A stretch of DNA of 31,704 bases from contig JBKHJL010000009.1 of assembly GCA_046538155.1 (NCBI GenBank), positions 1-31,704 on the forward strand, read 5' to 3'. Below are positions 8,383-17,293 of the stretch, piece after piece. A model generated the notes under the pieces. It was given only the letters and a program-made list of their open reading frames with translations, ran no database searches and was not told the origin of the DNA. Position 1 is the stretch's first letter; each line of letters starts with the position of its first letter. Source of the DNA: Candidatus Micrarchaeia archaeon. Its GTDB lineage: Archaea; Micrarchaeota; Micrarchaeia; Anstonellales; Bilamarchaeaceae. The position numbers were made by a program, and so were the translations under genes.

Positions 8383-8763
8383 ATGAAAACAATAGAAGCG
8401 TTGATTTCACTGATAATTCTTCTTTCCTTTACCTCATTTGCAATGCTGGATGCCCAGCCGGAAAATGACCCTGCCCTGCCCAGGTACCAGCTTGCAGAAG
8501 ATATCTGGAGAATCTGCTACCTAAAGGGCTGCTTCAACCAGTCGGTTGATTTAGTGGAAGGAGAAAATGAGATTGAAAGCAGGAGCCTCCCGGTAATCCT
8601 GGAAATAGAAAGGAAAACCGGGCTTGCAATCGCCTTCCAGTCTCCCCTGGAAATCGCGGGAAATACACTTCCGGGGGAGGATGCGGTTTCAGTCAGGAAA
8701 ACAGTAGTAATAGACGGGATTCCGAAAAGTGTAGAGCTCAGGGTCGGCACCCCAGCCGAATAA
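8383..8763 (+). CDS. Pilin-like membrane-anchored protein with minimal leader
   Basis: MKTIEALISLIILLSF resembles a mature pilin N-terminal helix (TIEALI) with no KG cleavage site. Abuts the previous stop codon. Confidence 0.55.
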   Translation: MKTIEALISLIILLSFTSFAMLDAQPENDPALPRYQLAEDIWRICYLKGCFNQSVDLVEGENEIESRSLPVILEIERKTGLAIAFQSPLEIAGNTLPGEDAVSVRKTVVIDGIPKSVELRVGTPAE

Positions 8764-8821
8764 GCCCATTGACGTAAAAACTCCCAAATCTTATTTAAAC
8801 CTCCCCCCTCAATCCAGGCGT

Positions 8822-9988
8822 ATGAAACCATCAGATGCAAGTTCCCATGTAAAATATGCAATCCGGGATGTTGTCCTGGAGGCAAAAAAGGAAGAAGCAA
8901 AGGGCAAAGAAGTACTTTATCTTAATATAGGAGACCCTGCAAAGTTTGATTTTTCCCCTCCCAGGTGTATTGTGGACGGAACAAAAAATGCCCTGGATGA
9001 GCGTTACAAATCATATGCGCCTGCTGAAGGGGATGAAGAGCTAAGGAGGGAAATCGGAAGAGTTGAAGGGTGCCACGAAAGCCAGGTATTTGTTACTGCA
9101 GGGCTTTCAGAGGGTATAGATTTTGCAACCAGGATTTTCATGGATGCCCGGGACTCAATACTTCTTCCAAACCCAACCTATCCGCTCTACGTTTCCAAGA
9201 CAAACGTAATCGGGGGCGAGCCCAGGTTCTATGAATGCGGTGAGGCATGGGTCCCGGATCCCGAAGATATGAGGAAAAGAATAGATGAAACCACCAGGGC
9301 CCTGGTCATAATAAACCCAAACAATCCCACAGGTGCAGTAACTCCCCTGAAAGTGCTCAGGGAACTGGGAGATATTGCAGCAGAACATGATCTGCCCATT
9401 TTTACAGATGAGGTTTACGACCACGTAATTCTTGATGAAGATGCAGAAATGCACAAGATGAAGGACGTGGTGAAGGATATTCCGGTATTCTCTGGAAACA
9501 GCCTTTCCAAGAATTTCTTTTACCCCGGGGCAAGGACAGGGTATGTGGCAATACACAATGATTCTGAAGGGAAGTTCCTGGATGCATTTACACGGATGTG
9601 CAACCAGCGGCTTTCGGTGAACTGGGAATTCCAGCGGGGGGCAATAGAAGCTTACAGAAATGGATTCGGGTTCAATGGTCCATATCTGGAAAAGCTCAGG
9701 AAAAGGCGGGATATACTGTGCAGGAGGATAAATGAAATTCCCGGGCTTTCAGTTGCCAGCCCCAGGGCAGCGATGTATGGTTTCGTGAAGGTGGATGGTT
9801 ACAAGGGAAGCGACTGGGACTTTGTTTACCAGCTCCTGCGGGAAGAGGCGGTGCTGGTGGTGCCGGGTTCTGCATTCTACAAAAACCATCCCGAAGAACT
9901 TTATTTCAGGACAACGCTGCTCCCTGATGAGAACACTCTGGAGCTTGCAATGGAGAAACTGGACAGGTTCATGAATAGGATTGTTTAA
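8822..9988 (+). CDS. PLP-dependent aminotransferase class I/II (AlaA/alanine aminotransferase-like)
   Basis: YAIRD, YLNIGDP, INPNNPTGAV, DEVYD, NSLSKNFFYPGARTG (PLP Lys), VLVVPGSAF. Confidence 0.92.
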   Translation: MKPSDASSHVKYAIRDVVLEAKKEEAKGKEVLYLNIGDPAKFDFSPPRCIVDGTKNALDERYKSYAPAEGDEELRREIGRVEGCHESQVFVTAGLSEGIDFATRIFMDARDSILLPNPTYPLYVSKTNVIGGEPRFYECGEAWVPDPEDMRKRIDETTRALVIINPNNPTGAVTPLKVLRELGDIAAEHDLPIFTDEVYDHVILDEDAEMHKMKDVVKDIPVFSGNSLSKNFFYPGARTGYVAIHNDSEGKFLDAFTRMCNQRLSVNWEFQRGAIEAYRNGFGFNGPYLEKLRKRRDILCRRINEIPGLSVASPRAAMYGFVKVDGYKGSDWDFVYQLLREEAVLVVPGSAFYKNHPEELYFRTTLLPDENTLELAMEKLDRFMNRIV

Positions 9989-10014
9989 TAAAGTTTTTCC
10001 GAGTATTGCCAGCA

Positions 10015-13000
10015 ATGCAAACGCAGAAGGAGAACCAGAATATCGGAGCTTCAATTTCAGGTGAGAGGACAAAGGCATACCTTAAAATGCTCCAGAAAAA
10101 TGAAGGATTCTGGGCATCTGTGATTGTTTTTCTTGGTTCTCTCTCCCTTTTTTCTGCAATACCATTCTATCCGCTTCCGCTTGCAGTCCTCCTTGCACTT
10201 GTTTGCGGTGGAGTAGCTTACAAGAGCCCTCCACTCGGTGTTGCGCTTGGGTTTATACTGATACTCCCGGCACTTTCCTACCAGTCCCCAATATTCGGAT
10301 GGATAGGGCTGCTTCTTCTTGCCCTGGTGTTTTTTGAAGTATTCTCCAGCTGGGGGGAAATTGCCCTCCTTGAAATACTTGTTTTGCTTCCTTTTGCCGC
10401 ATTTCCCATTTCCCTGCTCGGGGGGCTTGTTTATTTTGGAATGGTTCTGGGCAGTTTCCATTTTGGCTCTGCAAAAAGCGTAGTGATATCCATACCTGCA
10501 GTATTCATGATACTGCTGCTTTCTTCAATCTGGCTTGCTCCCAATTCCGCATTCTTCCCGCTCAACCTTGACCAGTACAGCCCCGGGATAAGTTACCTCC
10601 AGCTCCAGAAGCCGGCCCTTTCTATGGGTGCTGTCGGCGGTGAGTTCGGCCCCGCACTTACGAATATGGTAAACTTGGAGGCAGCGGGAATGGCCTGGAA
10701 CACAATCTCCCAGCTTTTTGGAAACGCATTTAAGATATTTGTTTCAGACAGCGGGCTGCTGCAGCTGGCAGTTTGGGCAGGGGTGCTTTTCTTTGCGGGG
10801 TGGTTCCCGGGAAACAGCAGGAGCAAGTGGAAGCAGACGATTGCGGCTGTCCCTATAATCCTTGTGCCTGTTGCCTATCTGCTTATCTCGTTTATTTATG
10901 GGTATGATTTCAATTTCCTGATGTTTGTTTATGCAGGGATTTCTGTAGGTGGAGTTGCCCTCCTTGATCACAAGGGTGTGAAGGTTTCAAGGGAAAAATC
11001 CATTTCCCGCAGCAAGAAGATGAAGAAGTTCGGGAAGTTTGGATTTCAGGATGTAAGCGAAAGCGGGGAAACCATGGACAATGTGGGGGGTTATGAAGAT
11101 GTAAAAAAAGAACTCCAGGATTCAATCATGCTCCCGCTCCGCAATAAGGGGCTTGCCCTGGCATACAAGCTCAAAGTTCCCAGCGGAATACTTCTTTTCG
11201 GTCCGCCCGGAACAGGTAAGACCATGCTCATGCGGGCTATGGCAAACGAGATGGACTACAATTTTTACCCTGTAAAAACCCCGGAAATTCTCTCTCAATG
11301 GTATGGCGAATCTCTTCCATATTATGAAAAAATCCTGGTGAGGAACAGAGAGGGAAGGGTTTCCAGGAAGAGGATTGGGGAGGTTGTTGAAAACAGGCTT
11401 CCGGTGGAGGTGCTTGCTTTTGATAAAGAGGGAAAGGCCAGATTTTCCCGGATAACAAAGCATATAAAGCACAAGTCCACTTCCCCGATTTACGAGGTGA
11501 AGACACGTACGGGCAGGCGCATAAGGGTTACCGGTTATCATTCCCTTTTTGCCTTTAACGGAGCAACCCTGGAAGAGACAAAAACATCCGAGCTTACTCC
11601 AAAATCATCTTATATTGCAGTTCCTTCGGGAATGCCTGAGCCCGCCTGCCCGGTAAAAGAGATAAATCTGCTTGCTCATCTTTCCGGGAACGACCATGGA
11701 CTGTTTGTTTCTGGAATTTCGGAATATGCAGAAAAGGCCTGCAAAAAACTGGGAACTGAAAAGACCAGGCAGGTTCTTGGCTACCGTTCTGTTGAATACA
11801 TGAAAAGGGCACTGAGGGAAGGTCGTGCAGTCAGGGTGCAAAAGTTTCTCCGGCTGATGGAAGAAGCAGGAGTAGGGTACCAGGCAAAGGGTCTTGAGCT
11901 CCTGGTAAAGAAAAAGCGCTTCCCCGCAGTAGTCCACATTGGAGAGGACCTTTCCACGTTCCTGGGGCTCTGGGTGGCAGAGGGCTCTTATAATAGGGAG
12001 GACACAGTCCGAATTAGTGTTTCCTCTGAGGAATCCGGGTTTGCAGCTTCTCTCTGCAGGAAGCTTTTCGGGCACGTTTCTATATATAATAGGGGGGAGG
12101 GGTCGGACATTTACATAGGGTGTCGCCCTCTTTATGTATTTATGCGCCATGTGCTTGGCCTCAGGGATGGGGCAGGAGAGAAATCAATGCCGGAGATTGC
12201 CTTTTCCCTGGACCACCGAAACCTTTCTGCATTCCTCCGCGGGTACTTCAGCGGAGATGGTTCCATCTATAAAAATCAGCATGGTACCCACATGGTGGAA
12301 GCGGCAACAGCGAGCAGGGAACTTGCAGATGATGTCCTTTACCTCCTTCTGCGTTTTGGGATTGTAGGGAGGACATATGGTAAAAAGGAGTGGACTGGCA
12401 AGCCTTCATGGAGAGTTTATCTGAACGGAGGGGAGCAGCTCCGGGGATTCAAGGGGATATCTTTTCTGGACTCCAGGAGGAAAAGCAAACTTGACAGCTA
12501 TGTTTCCTCAATAAAGTGGTTCAGGTCAGAGCAGATACCGGTAATCGGTAAAATGCGGGATTTTGTTTCTGAGAGGCTACCAAAATGGTCCTGTTCAAAA
12601 ACAATCGGAAAACATATCCTTATGGAAGAGCAGCCTGCCCAGGATTTTGAGCTACCCAGGTTCCTTGAAAACGATGTGTACCTGGACAGGGTTGAAAGCG
12701 TTAAACAGGTGGAACCGGAAAAATACGTGTATGATGTTTCGGTAGAGCCGGGCCAGAATTTTGTGGCAGGGCTGGGTGGAATTTATGCCCACAACAGCGA
12801 AAAAAATGTTGCAGAAGTTTTTGACAGGGCGCGTAAAACAGCCCCTTCAATCCTGTTTTTTGATGAAATAGATGCGGTGGGAAAAAAGCGCTCCTCCGCA
12901 GGGACAGATTCAGTAACTCCCCGGGTGCTTAATGTCATTCTCCAGGAGATGGACGGAATCAAGAAAACCGACAAGCCGGTGATTGTTGTAGGGGCGACCA

Positions 13001-14208
13001 ATGTCCCGAACCAGCTGGACAATGCCCTGATGAGGCCGGGAAGGTTTGATAAAATCATCTATATGCACCTTCCGGATTATGATGCGAGAAAAGAGATTTT
13101 CCGGGTTGCCCTGAGAGGCCTCCCGGTTTCCAAGAATATAGATTATGGTAAGCTTGCAAAAAAGAGCGACCGATTTTCTGGTGCAGATATCCAGCAGGTT
13201 GTGAAAACCGCCCTGCGCAGAGCAGCACAGGAAGCCAAAACCCAGGGCAAAGTTGTCCCCATAACCATGAAACACATCCTGGCAGTGCTTGAGCATACAA
13301 AGCCCAGCACCTCGCTTGCAGCAATTGAGAACTACGAGCAGTTCAGGATGGACTTTGAGCGCTCGGAGGCGGGTGCGGCAGAAGCAGAGGAAGAAAGGAA
13401 GAAAAAGGAGAAGAAGCTCGGCTGGGACGATGTGGCGGACCTTGAGGATGTGAAAAAGGCATTCAGGGAGGCAATAGAAGTCCCCCTTCTGCATCCCGAG
13501 CTTATTGAAGAATTCAGTGTAAAGCCGAGCAAGGGAATCTTGCTTTTTGGGCCCCCCGGGACAGGAAAAACCCTTGTGGTGAAGGCCGCTTCAAACGAGC
13601 TGGACATTTCATTTCTCACCATAAGCGGCGCCCAGCTCATGCAGAAAGGGTATGCCCATGCAACAAACGTGATAAAGGAAACATTCAACAGGGCGAGAGA
13701 AAATCCCCCCGCAGTAATATTTGTTGATGAGATGGAAACATTTGCGCCTTCCAGGGGGAGGGGGAGAAATGATGTTGTGGGGCAGTTCCTTGTAGAGATG
13801 GACGGGATAAAGGGAAGCGAAGGTGTGCTGGTTGTAGGCGCCACTAACCGCCCGGACATACTGGATAAGGCTATACTTCGCCCCGGAAGGTTTGACAAGG
13901 TAATCTATGTGCCACCCCCTGACAAGGATGCCAGGATTGAGTTGTTCAAAATCCACCTCGGGAAGTTTGCAAAATCACTGGACCTGGAATCCCTTGCAAA
14001 AGTAACCCCAGGGTTTACCGGGGCAGACCTGGCTGCCCTTTCCCAGAAGGCAAAAATGAGGCTCCTGCACAAGAAGCTTGAGGGTACAGCCACAGAACTT
14101 AAGACGCAGGAAATACTTGCGATGCTTTCCGGGATGAAGCCCTCAGTAACCAGCCAGATGCTTGAAGAGTATAAAAGATTTGTTGAAAAGTACGGGGAGA
14201 GGAGATAA
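10015..14208 (+). CDS. Membrane-anchored double-AAA ATPase (CDC48/Vps4-related, archaeal membrane-bound AAA type), intein-containing
   Basis: About 300-aa multi-TM N-terminus. D1: GILLFGPPGTGKT, FFDEID, GATN, RPGRFD, FSGADI. D2: GPPGTGKT, FVDEME, ATNRPD, RPGRFD, FTGADL. Confidence 0.9.
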   Translation: MQTQKENQNIGASISGERTKAYLKMLQKNEGFWASVIVFLGSLSLFSAIPFYPLPLAVLLALVCGGVAYKSPPLGVALGFILILPALSYQSPIFGWIGLLLLALVFFEVFSSWGEIALLEILVLLPFAAFPISLLGGLVYFGMVLGSFHFGSAKSVVISIPAVFMILLLSSIWLAPNSAFFPLNLDQYSPGISYLQLQKPALSMGAVGGEFGPALTNMVNLEAAGMAWNTISQLFGNAFKIFVSDSGLLQLAVWAGVLFFAGWFPGNSRSKWKQTIAAVPIILVPVAYLLISFIYGYDFNFLMFVYAGISVGGVALLDHKGVKVSREKSISRSKKMKKFGKFGFQDVSESGETMDNVGGYEDVKKELQDSIMLPLRNKGLALAYKLKVPSGILLFGPPGTGKTMLMRAMANEMDYNFYPVKTPEILSQWYGESLPYYEKILVRNREGRVSRKRIGEVVENRLPVEVLAFDKEGKARFSRITKHIKHKSTSPIYEVKTRTGRRIRVTGYHSLFAFNGATLEETKTSELTPKSSYIAVPSGMPEPACPVKEINLLAHLSGNDHGLFVSGISEYAEKACKKLGTEKTRQVLGYRSVEYMKRALREGRAVRVQKFLRLMEEAGVGYQAKGLELLVKKKRFPAVVHIGEDLSTFLGLWVAEGSYNREDTVRISVSSEESGFAASLCRKLFGHVSIYNRGEGSDIYIGCRPLYVFMRHVLGLRDGAGEKSMPEIAFSLDHRNLSAFLRGYFSGDGSIYKNQHGTHMVEAATASRELADDVLYLLLRFGIVGRTYGKKEWTGKPSWRVYLNGGEQLRGFKGISFLDSRRKSKLDSYVSSIKWFRSEQIPVIGKMRDFVSERLPKWSCSKTIGKHILMEEQPAQDFELPRFLENDVYLDRVESVKQVEPEKYVYDVSVEPGQNFVAGLGGIYAHNSEKNVAEVFDRARKTAPSILFFDEIDAVGKKRSSAGTDSVTPRVLNVILQEMDGIKKTDKPVIVVGATNVPNQLDNALMRPGRFDKIIYMHLPDYDARKEIFRVALRGLPVSKNIDYGKLAKKSDRFSGADIQQVVKTALRRAAQEAKTQGKVVPITMKHILAVLEHTKPSTSLAAIENYEQFRMDFERSEAGAAEAEEERKKKEKKLGWDDVADLEDVKKAFREAIEVPLLHPELIEEFSVKPSKGILLFGPPGTGKTLVVKAASNELDISFLTISGAQLMQKGYAHATNVIKETFNRARENPPAVIFVDEMETFAPSRGRGRNDVVGQFLVEMDGIKGSEGVLVVGATNRPDILDKAILRPGRFDKVIYVPPPDKDARIELFKIHLGKFAKSLDLESLAKVTPGFTGADLAALSQKAKMRLLHKKLEGTATELKTQEILAMLSGMKPSVTSQMLEEYKRFVEKYGERR
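11311..12795 (+). mobile_element. Intein with LAGLIDADG homing endonuclease (495 aa) in AAA domain D1
   Basis: Exteins rejoin as SQWYGE|SEKNV. The intein starts SLPYYE, has block B (TRTGRRIRVTGYHSLF), LAGLIDADG motifs FLGLWVAEGS and FLRGYFSGDGS, block F YVYDVSV, and ends IYAHN followed by Ser(+1). Confidence 0.95.
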
Positions 14209-14215
14209 ACCGGGT

Positions 14216-14794
14216 TCACAGCTTTTTGTATGCAACAACCCCGTTCCTGGTTTTGGAGAAAAGGTATTTTCTTTTAAGCAGAGCCCTCTCTGTTTTATTT
14301 CCCCTTCTGCCCACTACTTCATCCACCTTTTCTTCCTCTGAGGCAGTATCCGAGGTTATGGCCACTGCATACTCCAGGTCGTCTGCTCTGCCTTCTTCTT
14401 CCCTTTTTTCTATGAGGAGCTCCCGTATTCCTCTTCCTTCATAGGCGAGCAGTATTGCATCGTCCTCAAGAAAAATTGAGTTTCCTTCTCCCTCTTCAAA
14501 TTCCCAGGTTTCAGGGTTGAACCTTACTTCCCAGGAAAGCCCCACCCCCACCAGAATCCGGTCAACGAATGCCCCATAGCTCATCTCCCGCTTCACAATC
14601 TCCCCTATCTCATCTTCAGTGACCGAGAACATGCATTTTGACATCACCCTGGTTGCCTCTTCCACATCTTTTTCTTCCAGCTTTTTGATTTCAAGCTCCT
14701 CCACATCAGATACAGAGCGGAACTTCTTCTTTTTCTGCTCTTCCTTTGGCTCCTTCTCTGTTTCCAGTAGCTCACTCTTGAACCCTGCTTTCAT
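14216..14794 (-). CDS. GNAT-fold acetyltransferase-like protein
   Basis: ATG 14794 overlaps the upstream TGA (ATGA). EIKKLEEKDV, YGAFVDRILVG, and motif-A-like YEGRGIRELL. Confidence 0.6.
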   Translation of the reverse strand: MKAGFKSELLETEKEPKEEQKKKKFRSVSDVEELEIKKLEEKDVEEATRVMSKCMFSVTEDEIGEIVKREMSYGAFVDRILVGVGLSWEVRFNPETWEFEEGEGNSIFLEDDAILLAYEGRGIRELLIEKREEEGRADDLEYAVAITSDTASEEEKVDEVVGRRGNKTERALLKRKYLFSKTRNGVVAYKKL

Positions 14795-15132
14795 CCGAAT
14801 CTCACTCCGCATACCGGGCAGCGCGACATGTATGAGTCCATCTGGTACCCGCATCTCGGGCACCTCCACTTCCTCTTTTTTGCTGCCCTTATCTCTGCTT
14901 CAAAATCATAGCCGCATTCCTTGCAGATTTTTGCATCCAGTTCATTGAGCGCCTTGCATTTCGGGCACTTTTTCCTGAACATGCTTTTTATATGCACTCC
15001 GCATTTCGGGCATCTCTTCATATCCAGGGTTATCCCTTTGTATCCGCACTTGGGGCAAGTAAATTTCTTAGAGGCGAGAGTTTTTTTCCTCCCGCCCCCG
15101 AATATACCTTTCAGGACATCAAGGAGGCCCAT
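14791..15132 (-). CDS. Multi zinc-ribbon protein (six CxxC)
   Basis: CPKC, CPKC, CPKC, CKEC, CPRC, CPVC; basic; amphipathic N-terminus MGLLDVLKGIFGG. Confidence 0.85.
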   Translation of the reverse strand: MGLLDVLKGIFGGGRKKTLASKKFTCPKCGYKGITLDMKRCPKCGVHIKSMFRKKCPKCKALNELDAKICKECGYDFEAEIRAAKKRKWRCPRCGYQMDSYMSRCPVCGVRFG

Positions 15133-15981
15133 TCAGGATGTCCTCCATGCAAATCCTGCAAGTGCAGCAAGGAGCAGCACGAAACCTGCCGGGCAGATTC
15201 CGCCCCCTTCAGTTTCTGAAGGTTCTTTTTCAGAAGTGGTTTCTTCAACCGGCTCTTCTTCAGCAGGGGACTGCTCTTCCTCCTCTTCAGGCGCAGAAGT
15301 TTCTTCTTGGGGCCCTTCCCCTTGCGGCTCTTCTGCAGGGCCGCACACAGAAGTGTCTGCTTTTGCCTCCTCCAGCTCATTTATTGCAGTGGTTATCTTT
15401 GTTCTTGCTTCATCAAGCCTGCACTCCCTTCCGAGAGCCATAGTTTCTGAAACAACACTTTCAAATCCCTCTCCCTGCTCGGGGCAGTCCAGGTCAGCCA
15501 TCATTTCCTCAAATTCAGCTATTTTTGAGAGGATAACCAGCTCCTGGCCTGTTCTTTCGTGGGAAATGTGGAAATTAAAGGTTTTTGAATATATTTCACC
15601 ACTGTGGTTGAGTTCTGCCTTTACCAGGTCAATATATCCTGTATTGTTTTCAGACATGCCCCAGTAAACAGGGACATAGAAATCGCACCTTTTGATATCA
15701 TCATCTATGTTTTTGCAGGTGTGGTGGTGGAACCATTCACCCTTGTTGGGATTGTAAACATAAATTTCTACATCCTCATTCTCCTCAAATGGGCTGCTCA
15801 GCGTAAGTTCCATATAGATGGAAGCCGCCCCATCCTGGCTCCACTGGCAGTTCCATATCTGCAGGGTTTCCCCGGAGGGGTCTGTATTCCTTATCTTGAA
15901 TCCGCGGTAATCAGTGTCATCTGCAAATACTCCGCCTAAAATGAATCCAAGGCATACCAGCATAACTATTGCTTTTTTCAT
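15133..15981 (-). CDS. Secreted acidic surface protein with C-terminal Cys-containing sorting/anchor segment (CGP-CTERM-like)
   Basis: Signal peptide ending VFA|DD, Glu/Pro-rich linker, C-terminus GGGICPAGFVLLLAALAGFAWRTS. Confidence 0.75.
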   Translation of the reverse strand: MKKAIVMLVCLGFILGGVFADDTDYRGFKIRNTDPSGETLQIWNCQWSQDGAASIYMELTLSSPFEENEDVEIYVYNPNKGEWFHHHTCKNIDDDIKRCDFYVPVYWGMSENNTGYIDLVKAELNHSGEIYSKTFNFHISHERTGQELVILSKIAEFEEMMADLDCPEQGEGFESVVSETMALGRECRLDEARTKITTAINELEEAKADTSVCGPAEEPQGEGPQEETSAPEEEEEQSPAEEEPVEETTSEKEPSETEGGGICPAGFVLLLAALAGFAWRTS

Positions 15982-16004
15982 GGTTATTCACTTCATTAGA
16001 ATAC

Positions 16005-16013
16005 TTTATATAA
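16005..16013. promoter_or_regulatory. Bidirectional TATA box in a 52-bp divergent intergenic region
   Basis: TTTATATAA on + and TTATATAAA on -, about 21 nt from ATG 16034 (+) and about 24 nt from ATG 15981 (-). Confidence 0.6.
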
Positions 16014-16033
16014 TTTATCTTCTAATTGGGTGC

Positions 16034-17293
16034 ATGAGAGTAGGGTGGGCATTAGCACTTTTACTGGCAGTTTCTCTCTCATTTGCAGATAATGGAGACC
16101 TTGAAGTATCCCTGCCCTCCCTTGGAATAGGATTTCTTCTGGTAATTGCCCTTGTTTCTGTGGGCCTGGTGGCCCTTTCTTCTGCAGTGGGCTCTGCCTT
16201 ACAGAGCCCGGGCATAATCGCCTGGTCAAAAGAGCAGTTCAGGGAGACTTTTGCTGCAGTAATCCTAGTTGTGCTGATATGGGGGTTTGTTACAGGAAGC
16301 AACACCCTGATTGGGGCAATCTTTTTTCAGGAGGGGATAACAGACCTTCCGGGGCTTGGGGAAGCTGCCCTGGACGGGCATCTTGAGGACATGGAGGGCC
16401 TTTACCTGAAGGTTGCAGATGCTTACCAGACAGTGGGGATATACCAGGGATTCAGCTATTTTGCATCTGTTGGGGGATTCTGGATTTACTTTGGACAGGG
16501 TGGTTCTCCGTATTTTGGGGCAAGCGCTTTATTGCCTTCACTCTCCACAGCTGCAAATAACCTCACCACCCAGATACTCACTTTCCGCCTGCTGAAAGTA
16601 TTTATGGTTTATATTGGGGAGGCGGTGCCCGAATTCCTCCTTCCCATAGCACTTGCATTCCGGATTTTCCCGTTTACAAGGAAGATGGGGAACACCCTGA
16701 TTGCTCTATGCCTCGGGGCCATACTTGTCCTGCCCCTTTCCCTGATGTTTGTTGATGAGTTTGGGAATGCGGTAAATTGGAACTACAAGGATGATGCCCT
16801 GGGCACTGCATTTACGTATGACCAGATGGAACTTGATTCAAAAACAGTACAAGCGGTAATGGCAACTGCAGATGTGCTTTGCGAGAGCATTTCTTTTCGT
16901 GTTTTCATGAATTTGGGCGAACTTGTATTTGCTCCAATCTATGCGGCTGCAGCCTGTGCAGCATCCACGCTAGCATTTGCTGCCTGTTTTGCTGTTCAAT
17001 TTGAACTTGCATGGTACACAATTTGGCCCCTGATATCAATGCTCGGCCAGACCTTTGTAGGATCGATTATTTTAGCAATATTTCAGTCTGACCTTGCTGC
17101 AGGTACTGCGGGTGAGGGTAGCGTTGGGCTTAAGTCTATAGCAAGCATTCTTCTTCCGGGAGTTGCTGAAACAACTGGTTTTTCCCTGATTTCACTTTTG
17201 ATAATTGCAATGGTTACCTTTTCAGGAACCAAGTCGATATCGGCCGCACTTGGAGGCGAATATGTGCTCTATGGAATTTCGAGGTTTGTATAG
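16034..17293 (+). CDS. CedA/VirB6-like polytopic membrane protein, paralog 1
   Basis: Start ATG 16034 with signal peptide ending SFA|D. Motifs LQSPGIIAWSKEQ, FLLPIALAFRIFPFTRKMGNTLIA, ALGGE. Confidence 0.65.
   Translation: MRVGWALALLLAVSLSFADNGDLEVSLPSLGIGFLLVIALVSVGLVALSSAVGSALQSPGIIAWSKEQFRETFAAVILVVLIWGFVTGSNTLIGAIFFQEGITDLPGLGEAALDGHLEDMEGLYLKVADAYQTVGIYQGFSYFASVGGFWIYFGQGGSPYFGASALLPSLSTAANNLTTQILTFRLLKVFMVYIGEAVPEFLLPIALAFRIFPFTRKMGNTLIALCLGAILVLPLSLMFVDEFGNAVNWNYKDDALGTAFTYDQMELDSKTVQAVMATADVLCESISFRVFMNLGELVFAPIYAAAACAASTLAFAACFAVQFELAWYTIWPLISMLGQTFVGSIILAIFQSDLAAGTAGEGSVGLKSIASILLPGVAETTGFSLISLLIIAMVTFSGTKSISAALGGEYVLYGISRFV

Noticed and set aside
14921..15667. 248-aa plus-strand Ser-rich ORF
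   Set aside because: Antisense shadow of the Glu-rich surface protein and zinc-ribbon genes.
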